Positions 37,372 through 47,168 of a stretch of 62,020 nt of DNA are shown in pieces (the stretch's first letter is position 1; every line of letters starts with the position of its first letter). The stretch spans positions 1 through 62,020 of the forward strand of contig CAYSMC010000024.1 in the NCBI GenBank assembly GCA_964432115.1. Reading direction: 5' to 3'. Position numbers and translations under genes: made by a program. The DNA comes from an uncultured Pseudomonadales bacterium (GTDB lineage: Bacteria; Patescibacteriota; Microgenomatia; UBA1400; PJMF01). The notes beneath the pieces were generated by a model, which was given only the letters and a program-made list of their open reading frames with translations, was not told where the DNA came from and made no database searches.

Positions 37372-38550
37372 TCAGTTAAAAGTATGTATTATTAAATTTA
37401 TCCAATTTTCTTTAGTATTTTTTTGTTTTTTTTGATAATTTAAATATAAATTAAATACATGTATAACTAGCGCTAAATAGAATAATACCTCAAAAGATTC
37501 TCTCCAAATAACTAAAAATCTAAGAGTTGTAAAAAAATCTGGTAAAATTCCTAAATTATGATATAGGTCAATGAGTGACGTCCCCCGGTCTGAAAATAGG
37601 CTACGATCTGCATAGGGGTTAAAAATAAAAGTTGGTAATAAATATAATACTTCTTGACCACGAAAACAAAATAAGTTTCTCCAAGCTATTTGCTGTTGAT
37701 TTTGTGTTGGCTTACTCTTTTTTAAATATTGTCCAATGCGCCAACTGGTGAAGCCGTAAACAAAGGCAAAGATATATAAAAGAATAAAAAATTCATTTAT
37801 TTCTTTCATATTGTGAATATTTAACTCATTTTGGTAGCTATTGTTTGTTTTTACTCGCATATTTAGTAGACGCTGTCCCCAAGAAATTTCCTCGCCAATT
37901 AAAAAAATAAATATAAAAATTAAACAAACAAAAATAATTCTTAAGAAAGGATTGATTTGTCTTTTTTTGGTGTTTTTTATAGTTGCCAAAAGAACGCTAA
38001 ATATTAATCCAATGCCTAATACGACAACCTGCAGCCATTCCATAAAATTATCATCATCAGTTCCACCAAAATTAGCACTAATTTTTATAAAAACTTCAGA
38101 ATTATAGATGTAAATATAAAAACACAATAAAAGAAAACTGAAGAAAAATAATTTTGCCCAATTTTTTTTGATAATTTTCCAACCAGTAGTCAATATTTTT
38201 AGGAAATAACTAAAAATTAATAAATCAAGTAAGATTGCTTGATTAAGACCAAAATTTTTGGTGACAAATGTTGGATGTGTAAAAGCATCTATTCCAAATA
38301 AAATAATGACTAACGTAAGTGTTATTGGTAAAAAATAATGATTATTAAATTTAATTAACCACCAACCAGAATTTAGATTTTTTTTAGGAAAAAAACTCAC
38401 AAAAGTTATAGATGCTAATAGTATTGCAATAAGAAGTCTTAAATCAAATAGTAAATACTCACCAATTATACCTCGATAGTTAAGTAGCTCAATTATGCCG
38501 AGAAGAATAATTAAAAAATAGGCAATAATCAATGCTATTTTAATTTTCAT
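37372..38550 (-). CDS. Polytopic membrane protein (EEISWGQR..ELNIHN family)
   Basis: Multiple TMs, very AT-rich. Confidence 0.75.
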   Translation of the reverse strand: MKIKIALIIAYFLIILLGIIELLNYRGIIGEYLLFDLRLLIAILLASITFVSFFPKKNLNSGWWLIKFNNHYFLPITLTLVIILFGIDAFTHPTFVTKNFGLNQAILLDLLIFSYFLKILTTGWKIIKKNWAKLFFFSFLLLCFYIYIYNSEVFIKISANFGGTDDDNFMEWLQVVVLGIGLIFSVLLATIKNTKKRQINPFLRIIFVCLIFIFIFLIGEEISWGQRLLNMRVKTNNSYQNELNIHNMKEINEFFILLYIFAFVYGFTSWRIGQYLKKSKPTQNQQQIAWRNLFCFRGQEVLYLLPTFIFNPYADRSLFSDRGTSLIDLYHNLGILPDFFTTLRFLVIWRESFEVLFYLALVIHVFNLYLNYQKKQKNTKENWINLIIHTFN

Positions 38551-38633
38551 GCTGACGCTAATTGTAACATTTAAACTTTAATTAGTTTGTATCCATTATT
38601 GGGGTTATTAGATAATAAAACCATAAAAAACCC

Positions 38634-38668
38634 AAAAGAAGTTTTAACTTCTTTCACCACTCCCTGCA
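38634..38668 (+). repeat. Cassette-boundary repeat R8 (diverged)
   Basis: AAAAGAAGTTTTAACTTCTTTCACCACTCCCTGCA, colinear with R4. Confidence 0.75.
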
Positions 38669-38700
38669 GAGAAAATATGGAGGCATAGTATAATTAAACT

Positions 38701-39777
38701 ATGCATAAAAAACCACTTTTTTCGCCGCATTTTGCGAAACGCCTCAATCTCAATCAAGCGGAAATGTCAACACTGCTCAATCGGGTAGTCACAGCTTATA
38801 ATTTAGGTCAATTCATCGCAGCCAAGGGTATAGAAATTGGCTACGAAGATGTTAATATTATTCTTAAAACAAACACTGGTAAATACCTTTTAAAAGTTTT
38901 AATTGATTTTATTCTCAAAAAACCACGTTCGATAGTTGCTAGTCGACGTTATGTTGAAACTATGGAGAGCTTTCGAGCTGATGGGATTCCTGTTCCTAAA
39001 TTGTACCCAGTGGTTAATGTTTCTCAAAAAGAACAAACACTAGATACTTATTTGCTCCAACAACAGCTGCCTCACAATCATCAGCCAGTTTGGATGTTGG
39101 TCATGGAATTTTTTGCAGGAAATGATTTTATTAAGCAGCCACCTACCATTGAGGACATTAAAACAGTGGCTAAGTATCTGGCCAAGATCAATAATTCTAA
39201 ATTAGAACGTCAACCTGCCTATGATCCATGGCAACCACATTATTTCCTACGCTCTTACAAAGAGTCTGCTGACTTACTAAAAGAACCGGCAAAAAGTTTG
39301 ATTCAAGATTTATTGGAAAATTTTAAAAAAATTGATCAAAAAAAGTTACCAAAGTCAGTTATCCATGCTGATTTTATGAGAAATAATTTATTAAAGAATA
39401 ATCGAGGTCAATATTGTTTACTTGATTTTGGAGTAGTTAATTTTGGGCCAAGAATTACTGATTTAGCAGTATTTTTAGCCGGTTTTTGTATGAATCCGTA
39501 TGATTCTTTGGAGAAAAATCGCTTAGCCTATCAAGCTGGTTTAACTGCGTATGATCAAGAAATACATTTGACTGCTTATGAAAAAACTCATCTTGTTACT
39601 ATGGTACAAGCAGCTTATGCATGTTTTTACATGCCAGCTCTTTATGAAAAAATGTTAGAAAACAATCAGACAGCGGAAAATGATTACTGGATTGGTGTAG
39701 GTGAAACTGGTTTAATAATGATTCAACAGTTGGAGCTGGAGCTGGAGTTGGAGCAAGAAAGTGATATGAGGAGATAA
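38701..39777 (+). CDS. APH / type II homoserine kinase-like phosphotransferase
   Basis: IHADFMRNN and LDFG motifs. Confidence 0.85.
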   Translation: MHKKPLFSPHFAKRLNLNQAEMSTLLNRVVTAYNLGQFIAAKGIEIGYEDVNIILKTNTGKYLLKVLIDFILKKPRSIVASRRYVETMESFRADGIPVPKLYPVVNVSQKEQTLDTYLLQQQLPHNHQPVWMLVMEFFAGNDFIKQPPTIEDIKTVAKYLAKINNSKLERQPAYDPWQPHYFLRSYKESADLLKEPAKSLIQDLLENFKKIDQKKLPKSVIHADFMRNNLLKNNRGQYCLLDFGVVNFGPRITDLAVFLAGFCMNPYDSLEKNRLAYQAGLTAYDQEIHLTAYEKTHLVTMVQAAYACFYMPALYEKMLENNQTAENDYWIGVGETGLIMIQQLELELELEQESDMRR

Positions 39778-39780
39778 ATT

Positions 39781-40356
39781 ATGTTGCAAAAGACACCTGA
39801 GAACCTAGAAATCAATCATCTAGACTATATTTGGCCAACTATTATGGCTGGAGACTTAGAAACAGCTAGACAGACAGCAGTCAAATACCGAGAGGCGGAA
39901 CTACGCACTGCTGACCGATTGGTTGAGGGTAGAACTGAAAGCGATATGGGTACTTTAATTCTTTATGCTGTTGCCCACGGTCAGGATGTACCACTGACCG
40001 AAATAGACCCTAACTTAGTAGAAATTTTACAAGCTACTTCTTGGGAAAGATTAGTGACTAAATTTCGTCGCCTCTTTATATCTAGGGAATTTAATAGGCC
40101 GGGTGATAGAGAAAGGCTGCTAAAAGAAATTGTACGAAAAAAAGAGGATTTTAGCAAAGTGCCTCCCATTGTTGTGTCTTTAAATGAGCAAGGTAAATAT
40201 TTTTTATTTGATGGTCAAACTAGAACGCGTCGAGCGCGAGAATTAAAAATGAAGACAATCAGAGCCTACCTTCTACCAAATGATTACCATCAGGGACAAA
40301 TTATTAGTCAAGCTGCAGAGATGTATAAGCAAGTTATTCCGCAGTTTAGAGGATAA
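39781..40356 (+). CDS. Protein with C-terminal ParB/Srx-like nuclease domain
   Basis: PPIVV..YFLFDGQTR..A. Confidence 0.65.
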   Translation: MLQKTPENLEINHLDYIWPTIMAGDLETARQTAVKYREAELRTADRLVEGRTESDMGTLILYAVAHGQDVPLTEIDPNLVEILQATSWERLVTKFRRLFISREFNRPGDRERLLKEIVRKKEDFSKVPPIVVSLNEQGKYFLFDGQTRTRRARELKMKTIRAYLLPNDYHQGQIISQAAEMYKQVIPQFRG

Positions 40357-40473
40357 GGTTTTTGATATTAATTTATCTACAATAGTATAACTTTTTTACA
40401 TTTGTTAAATAAGTTATTTTTTGCTAGAATTACCCAGGTTAAATCAAAAATATTTAAATAGAAAGTGAGAAAT

Positions 40474-40740
40474 ATGTCTGACTTAGAACGCAATATTGAA
40501 ACCGGAACACAATTTGGACCAAACTTAAAGCCAAATTCAGAAGTAGATTCAAAAGCAGACTCAGGACCAACATCAGCAGAGGCAAAAAAAGCAACTTTAC
40601 CTGAGGGTTATTCCATAGATGAAATGGGTGTTGATGTTGTCAAGTTAATGAGTCCTAGTGGAGAAGTGCTTGGCATGTACGTACCAGCTGCTACTCAAAT
40701 TATCCAAGATGCGATAAAACATTCACGATCACAGAAATAA
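40474..40740 (+). CDS. Hypothetical protein
   Basis: Short ORF, co-oriented with neighbours. Confidence 0.6.
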   Translation: MSDLERNIETGTQFGPNLKPNSEVDSKADSGPTSAEAKKATLPEGYSIDEMGVDVVKLMSPSGEVLGMYVPAATQIIQDAIKHSRSQK

Positions 40741-40840
40741 TTATTGACAGCTTGTTTGAATAATGTCTAACTTTGTTGACAATCAACTGTGCTAAAAAAT
40801 TTTACTTGTTGTTAGATTTGTTACTGACTATAATGAGTTA

Positions 40841-41074
40841 GTGACTAATAGTATATTTAATTTACAACGACAAATTGCTGAACATTTAATTAATTTATTG
40901 GAAAATCGAGAAATCACCATTAAGCGAGCAGCTGAAATAGCAAAACAAGTGATAAATATTATTCCAGAAGATTTTCCAGATTCCACACTAATTACAAATA
41001 ATGTCGACGCAGTTTTAGCAAAAATTAAACAAGAATTGCAAGTCATTCCCGAGTTAAAAAGCCTAATACTATAG
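40841..41074 (+). CDS. Hypothetical small helical protein
   Basis: GTG start 6 nt after TATAAT. Confidence 0.55.
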   Translation: MTNSIFNLQRQIAEHLINLLENREITIKRAAEIAKQVINIIPEDFPDSTLITNNVDAVLAKIKQELQVIPELKSLIL

Positions 41075-41097
41075 AAATCACAGGAAATTGAAGTGTA

Positions 41098-44000
41098 ATG
41101 AATAAAAACGGAGAAATTCATGTACCAGTCGAGGAAAAAGCAAAACAATTGAAAACAGTATCTCATTCTAATTTGCCAGAAAAAGCTATTAAACCAGAAA
41201 CTCCCGAACAATTTGCAAAACTAAAACACTGGTTTAAGGTTTTGCGTCAAATTTGTCAAGAAAGACCAGAGATAGTATTGAAAGCACTCAGTAAACTAGA
41301 AAAATCAACTGATCCATGGTCATGGGATGGTTTTTACACTGATACTTTGATAAAGGCAGAACCTCTAGCATGGGAATTGGGTGGAAAAAAACGAGCAGAA
41401 AAGCAATTTCTTGAATATGATTTAGATCCAGTTAAAACCATGCAAGTTGTGGAATTTTTGCGATCAAACGTCTCAAAGAAAGAAATTTTTAAAAAGAAAA
41501 AAGCTGAAAAAATTATTTCTAAACACTATATTCAAAGGTTCTATCAATATAAGGAACAAGATTTAGAAATTATTAAAGAATTTATTAATTCTTGTGATAA
41601 TCCTGTTCATTTATTGAAAGAAATAGAAACAATAATGGACTATTCCCATATTGGGAATCAATATTTAAAACAATTCTTAATATATGGCAAATCTCTGGCT
41701 AATAATGCTAAAGCTTTAGAAATCATAACTCAGCTCAAAAAATTTGATAATCTTGAAAAATTAGATGCCGGATCTTTAAGCTCTCTCAAAGATGAAAATA
41801 GTGAAAATCATTATTTTTTTCATAATGTACTAGATCCAATTCAATCTTTTTCACAATTAGATGAGGACATTTATCAAGAGCTATTTAGCCAAGAGAACAT
41901 TGATCATGCTCAACAACTATGGAAAAGATTGACCAAAAAGCCTCTACAAATCGCGGCTCTTTATGATTTATTAATGCTTGCTCACAATCCAAAAATTGAA
42001 TTAGCTTTTGTAGTCAATTTATCATTTCATTTAAATGAAATAGAAGGATCTCTTTTTAAATCTCCCGTGCAACTTAAAAGAGAAATAAACAAAATTGAAA
42101 TGGTTTACAAACTGTTTCCAGAGATATGGGAACTTTATAAGGAAGGTTTTAATGTAGATAATTATTTAAATCTTAGTTTATTTGATGACCAAAATAATTT
42201 ACTCAATGAGATTGAAAAAATAATTGCCGAAAAAGAAAAATTTTTAACAGTGATTAATAATAAACAGATTAGGAAAAATGCACAAATTCTTAAAAAATAT
42301 GGGTTAAGAATGTTTTTACCTAATGATGAAAAGTCTAGTCCCAAAGTAAGTCTTGATTATTTAATAAATTCCGATCCAGCTTGTTTAGAAAAAAGTTTAA
42401 TTATAGCTGACACAGGACTGTATGGAGACTTGATTGATTCTTTTTATCGACAAAATAATCTTTTTAAAGATGTTTGGCGACAAACTAAGAATTGGTTATC
42501 AGCATTTTCAGTGGAAGAGATAAATGAGGCTTTTCTACCAATAAAAAAAGAAAACAATATTAATTTAAAACCAGATCTGTCATTAATTGTTAATAACTTA
42601 GATTCAATTGAAGATCTAAAAAAGAGAGTGGCAGCCATTGTTAATCCAGACATTAGAAATTTGGTGGAAGACGAAGAATTTTTAAATAAGGTTGCTTTTT
42701 ATGAGCAGAGAGGTAGTCCTGACAAGCAAATATGGGCTCATATATTAAAAAAACCAGATTTATATATAGATTTATATCGAAATCAAAAAATATTTACGAA
42801 AAAATTAGATATTTTGCTTGAAAATAAATTTGATCTTCAGGGTTTACTTTATCCAGAGGGATTAAGTTTGTTGAATGATATGACCGAGGAAGAATTGACT
42901 CAAGCTAGTCAAGCTTTATTGACTGAAGATAATTCCTTAGGTAAATATTTAGCTGTTGATAATCTTAAAAAAGCCCGACTTCTTTCCAAATTGGACCAAA
43001 CAGAGCTAACTCAAATAGAAACTGATTTTCAATCAAATAGCACTTTTTTTAACAATTTCTATTCTGAAACATGGTACAACGATCAATATCTAAAGGCTGA
43101 AGATTTAGAGTTGTATTTAAGCTTTGATCAAGAACAAAGAGAACGGGTTTGGCAATTATTAAACTCTCTCAATGAGCGTTATGATTTTCGAAGAGGAAAG
43201 GAAATTTTTGAAAAGGATGTTCTACATGATTTAGGATTTTTATGTCGATTAAGTAATAACGAAATTCATCAGCAAAGATTTCAATTATTTTTAGATCTTT
43301 TAAACAATGAACAAGAAAACATTAATATTAATGATTTAAAAATTAGTGCCAATCAGCGAATTTTTGAGAAAATTCTAAATTTTTTAGAAAATAATTCTGA
43401 ATTGACTATTAATGACTACTTCGATGAAGAAGGAGTGGCTACTGTTAGATTGTTAAATGATTTATCTAAAATTCAGGATAAGGAAACTAATTTTTACGAA
43501 ATTACAGAGTTATTAAATGAAAAATCTCTAGCCAAGATGGATAGCATACAAAGAATTTTTTGGCAATTTTGGCAAAAACAAAACCATGGACATATAAAAC
43601 GGAGTTTATTGGAAAAGAAAGATCAATTTGATGCTTTGTCACGAGATAAATTAACAGCAAACCAGTGGTTGTTAGAGGTTAGTCAATCAGCTAAAGACAG
43701 TTTTGAAGTTAATACTGTTGGTGAAAATCAGAAAAATGTTTCAAAAACCAGACTTAGCTTAGTAGAGGAACAAGAATTTAAAAAGAAAATTTTAGAATTA
43801 GTTGTCAAGAAAAATTTAGTTTCTCCAAAATTTTATACTGTTTGTTCCGTGTTGAGACACAATCTTGATGAAAATAGTTATTTAATTGAATCTTTCGCTC
43901 CAGCTTTTAAAGAAGCATTTGGCTTTGACTTGTCGGAAGATTTTGTCAAAAAATATGATAGATTCTTTCAGAAATCACAAGGAGAAGATTTTGCTGCTTT

Positions 44001-45876
44001 AATTACTGATCACCTATCTTATTGGAAAAACAACAGTGATTTATTAAGAAAATTGGAGTTAATCGGTTGGGAGGTAAATAATTTTGATAAGTTTCGGAGT
44101 CTGGTGCAGAATCCAGAAATTAACACTGTGCTTGGGAATACAGATAAAGAATTATTAATCAGTTTATCTAGAGATATTGGTTTAAGTCCCAACAACATTT
44201 ATTATGCGAACAAAAGCTCTCTTGAGTGGTTAGAACAGAACTTAGACTCTACGGAAAGGAAAACTTTTTTCAAAAAAATTCTCAATGAAAAACCTTCCAG
44301 TTTCAATAGTTGTGTGGCAGCATTTAGATCAATAGATAAAAAAACAATTAATCAAATCATTACTGAGCCTCTTTACACCGAAAGACTTTTAGACGCTATG
44401 AGGGAATTTAATAACATTACTCCTTCTTTAATTACTGTGTATATTCTCAATCCTAGTGAAGGAGCTAGATCAGAATATCGTGAGAAAATAACCAAATTTA
44501 AAGAGGGTGTCCACATTAATGTGCCGATTATGTCTTTAGCTAAAGGTAGTGGTGGTATTGATTTTTTAACAGACATGATTGCTTTGACTTTTCCTGGAAC
44601 TAATTTTACAGAAATTAAGCGCGAATTAAGTCAATTGCAGGATCGTTGTCAAGATTTGGCCAATCTCAACATTCGTGAACAAGGCTATCAAGGACAAATT
44701 GTTTCTAAAGAAAAAATAGTACAGCTAAAAGACATTAATAAGCCAATAGATGACGGAGTAGTTAATTTAATCAAAGTGATTTTTGCCGATCAACAAGAAA
44801 AAGAATATTTAGCTTTAGGAGGTGATGACAAACTAGCTTTTCAGGGTTGGGCTAGGTTGTTGGTTGAAGCAGGAGCTACTAATCAACAAACTTTATTTAA
44901 AGATAATTTAACTGAGGTAATAGCTTGTAGTCGTGTTTCTTTGGGGGACAAAATTACGTTATTTGCTGAAAAAATGGGTGGTGACACCTCTCAAATACCA
45001 GCTAAAAATGAAGTTTTAAGTAAGGCGAAAGAATTGTTTGGTATTTATTACAAAGATAATGCGCCAGAAGCAATTGAGCTTTTTTTGCAGAAACATCAAA
45101 CAGAGGCCGATATCTTATTAAACAGATTAAGTGTTAAGAGGTTGAATAATTTAGAAAAAAACATTGCTGGTGCCAAAACAATTGATGAGGAAAGTCGGGC
45201 TAACTTTAAAGAAATCATTGAGGAATTGCGCAATAGTGGATTAGCCGAAGCAGAAAGACGGCAGTTATTAGCCAGATTATTAGCTTTTATGACTGATCGT
45301 AGCATTTTTGCTGGAACAACTGGTCTAAGAAGAAAAGTTAGTAAGGAAGCTGGTAAGATTGTTTTGCGAGATAAGGAGGGTCAAGATATCGATCCCAATT
45401 TAATTATTTCTGGGCACGTAACTAAAAATGCTGCTTCTTATTTCGCCAAAAATACAGCTGGTGTTTGCACCGCTGGAGATAAGGAACTATTTAATCGACC
45501 AGATCATTTTCATGTTAATTTAGTTAACACAGGAGGAATTGTTGTTGGAAATATTCAAGCTTATCAAACTACTTGTAACGGGCAGTCCGCTCTCATTTTT
45601 AGAGGTTTTAATCCTTCCACAAGCATTGTTTCTGCTACTAACGCTGAGATTTTGTGTGATCAGATGGTAGATATCGTTAAGCAAATTGCTGCAGATAATG
45701 ACATTACTCAGATACTAATTCCTGAGCAGGATTTTTGGCATCCTTTAACTAATCGTGTTGGTGAAGGGATAGATAAGTATTTTGCTCAAAGATTTTATCG
45801 TCCAGAAAACAAAGTTAAACTTTCATTTAATATTACAAATCGTAAAACAGTTGACTCTTTTTATCGTATCACCTAA
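41098..45876 (+). CDS. Large hypothetical protein (1592 aa)
   Basis: Long uninterrupted ORF; helical-looking body, compact C-terminal domain with GVCTAGD. Confidence 0.85.
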   Translation: MNKNGEIHVPVEEKAKQLKTVSHSNLPEKAIKPETPEQFAKLKHWFKVLRQICQERPEIVLKALSKLEKSTDPWSWDGFYTDTLIKAEPLAWELGGKKRAEKQFLEYDLDPVKTMQVVEFLRSNVSKKEIFKKKKAEKIISKHYIQRFYQYKEQDLEIIKEFINSCDNPVHLLKEIETIMDYSHIGNQYLKQFLIYGKSLANNAKALEIITQLKKFDNLEKLDAGSLSSLKDENSENHYFFHNVLDPIQSFSQLDEDIYQELFSQENIDHAQQLWKRLTKKPLQIAALYDLLMLAHNPKIELAFVVNLSFHLNEIEGSLFKSPVQLKREINKIEMVYKLFPEIWELYKEGFNVDNYLNLSLFDDQNNLLNEIEKIIAEKEKFLTVINNKQIRKNAQILKKYGLRMFLPNDEKSSPKVSLDYLINSDPACLEKSLIIADTGLYGDLIDSFYRQNNLFKDVWRQTKNWLSAFSVEEINEAFLPIKKENNINLKPDLSLIVNNLDSIEDLKKRVAAIVNPDIRNLVEDEEFLNKVAFYEQRGSPDKQIWAHILKKPDLYIDLYRNQKIFTKKLDILLENKFDLQGLLYPEGLSLLNDMTEEELTQASQALLTEDNSLGKYLAVDNLKKARLLSKLDQTELTQIETDFQSNSTFFNNFYSETWYNDQYLKAEDLELYLSFDQEQRERVWQLLNSLNERYDFRRGKEIFEKDVLHDLGFLCRLSNNEIHQQRFQLFLDLLNNEQENININDLKISANQRIFEKILNFLENNSELTINDYFDEEGVATVRLLNDLSKIQDKETNFYEITELLNEKSLAKMDSIQRIFWQFWQKQNHGHIKRSLLEKKDQFDALSRDKLTANQWLLEVSQSAKDSFEVNTVGENQKNVSKTRLSLVEEQEFKKKILELVVKKNLVSPKFYTVCSVLRHNLDENSYLIESFAPAFKEAFGFDLSEDFVKKYDRFFQKSQGEDFAALITDHLSYWKNNSDLLRKLELIGWEVNNFDKFRSLVQNPEINTVLGNTDKELLISLSRDIGLSPNNIYYANKSSLEWLEQNLDSTERKTFFKKILNEKPSSFNSCVAAFRSIDKKTINQIITEPLYTERLLDAMREFNNITPSLITVYILNPSEGARSEYREKITKFKEGVHINVPIMSLAKGSGGIDFLTDMIALTFPGTNFTEIKRELSQLQDRCQDLANLNIREQGYQGQIVSKEKIVQLKDINKPIDDGVVNLIKVIFADQQEKEYLALGGDDKLAFQGWARLLVEAGATNQQTLFKDNLTEVIACSRVSLGDKITLFAEKMGGDTSQIPAKNEVLSKAKELFGIYYKDNAPEAIELFLQKHQTEADILLNRLSVKRLNNLEKNIAGAKTIDEESRANFKEIIEELRNSGLAEAERRQLLARLLAFMTDRSIFAGTTGLRRKVSKEAGKIVLRDKEGQDIDPNLIISGHVTKNAASYFAKNTAGVCTAGDKELFNRPDHFHVNLVNTGGIVVGNIQAYQTTCNGQSALIFRGFNPSTSIVSATNAEILCDQMVDIVKQIAADNDITQILIPEQDFWHPLTNRVGEGIDKYFAQRFYRPENKVKLSFNITNRKTVDSFYRIT

Positions 45877-46096
45877 TCAATTTCCTTTTTACAAATTTGA
45901 TTACTTTTGATATATTACCAACATGAAAATTAAAACAGCTGGGAATATTGTATCAACACATCTTGGTTTTATTCCTCAATCAGCCAATGAAGCCGAGGAA
46001 ATTTTGGATCAATACGATAGAGGTCATTGAGTTGATTGTATACGAGCTCAACGCCGAGCTGCCGAAAAAAAACGCAATCGTCAAAGAAGTTAATCC

Positions 46097-46732
46097 ATGC
46101 TTAAAGAAACTCTGCATCAATTCCAACAAGTGGAAACTAGTCCAGACTTCCAAGAAAACTGCCGAATTGCTGATGGACTCTTTTCTGAATTCTTAGCTTA
46201 CATGCTTAATAAACAAGAGTTTCCCAATCAAAACATTAATTTGTTAACACAATTCGTGCTTAACTTATTTCGCGATGAACATATTTCTTTAGTTGCTTTT
46301 AAAAAAAAAGATTTTTATGATCATCTAATGTTATTTGTTGATCGGGAGGGGATGAAAGAGACCCCTTGTTTGTATATACCTAAGTGTTTTGTTGAGGATG
46401 TCGCTGAAACACCCGAACAACAAATAGGAATCATAGCTTCAGTAATGAGTCAGTGTCGAGATTATTTTTGTGGTAAATATAACGCTCAAAATTCCAAAAA
46501 TACACAAATAAGAGCTTTGGCTTATCAAGCAGAAGCGCTTAACACATTAGTAAAGCTAGCAAAAGAAGAGAAAGTTGTTCTGAATCTTAGCGATTTTCAA
46601 ATAGGTTTATTAAGTGAATTTCCTAATGGTTTAGCAGATTTAGAGGAATGGCTGTGGTATCCTGACCCAAAATACCAAGAAACTTTTAGTCCACCTTTAT
46701 ATAATTTTTTATATAATCCTTCACGCAATTAA
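46097..46732 (+). CDS. Hypothetical protein
   Basis: 211-aa ORF. Confidence 0.7.
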   Translation: MLKETLHQFQQVETSPDFQENCRIADGLFSEFLAYMLNKQEFPNQNINLLTQFVLNLFRDEHISLVAFKKKDFYDHLMLFVDREGMKETPCLYIPKCFVEDVAETPEQQIGIIASVMSQCRDYFCGKYNAQNSKNTQIRALAYQAEALNTLVKLAKEEKVVLNLSDFQIGLLSEFPNGLADLEEWLWYPDPKYQETFSPPLYNFLYNPSRN

Positions 46733-46799
46733 TTTGCTATAATTATTTTTTAGTAAATATTCGCAAAATAGAAAGTTAGCTATGCTTGATTTAGAATAG

Positions 46800-47078
46800 A
46801 TGCCTTTGAGAGTTAATAAGCGAGGAGAGGATAGGGTAGAGATAGAAGGAGGTTTGGGAGAGACCAGTGTTGTAGATTTAGAGATTGCTAAACAAAGATT
46901 AGAAAATTTAAAAAATCAAAAAAATAGTTTTGTCGATCAAAATTCATGGCGAGCTAGAGTCGATGCTGCTGAAAGAGCCGTTGCTCTCTTAGATCAAGCT
47001 GATCGCGATAAAAAAAAGAGTGGTGGGTTAAAAATGATCAATGTTATTAAAAAAGCGGCGGCTATGTTGATAAAGTAG
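46800..47078 (+). CDS. Hypothetical protein
   Basis: 92-aa ORF. Confidence 0.6.
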   Translation: MPLRVNKRGEDRVEIEGGLGETSVVDLEIAKQRLENLKNQKNSFVDQNSWRARVDAAERAVALLDQADRDKKKSGGLKMINVIKKAAAMLIK

Positions 47079-47168
47079 GGAGAGATATTAAGTTAGGTAT
47101 TACTCGTTTCACCACAGACTTATCATAAAATTTTCCCAAACAATCACTCGTATGCTACACTAAACCTA

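Larger units (their letters stand above)
32163..38668 (+). mobile_element. tRNA-Trp-anchored array of small gene cassettes separated by att-like direct repeats
   Basis: tRNA 3'-end duplication plus 8 co-oriented repeats between accessory genes; no integrase in window. Confidence 0.7.

Noticed and set aside
32898-38668. Repeats as a CRISPR array
   Set aside because: Spacers are 0.4-1.4 kb and contain whole genes; no cas genes in the window.
32898-38668. Repeats as classical integron attC sites
   Set aside because: GTTCCAAC only loosely resembles the RYYYAAC/GTTRRRY boxes; there is no long imperfect inverted repeat and no intI.
46028-46030. TGA recoding (genetic code 25)
   Set aside because: Long conserved genes have no in-frame TGA and several end in TGA (e.g. 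murD, mreC), so code 11 applies.
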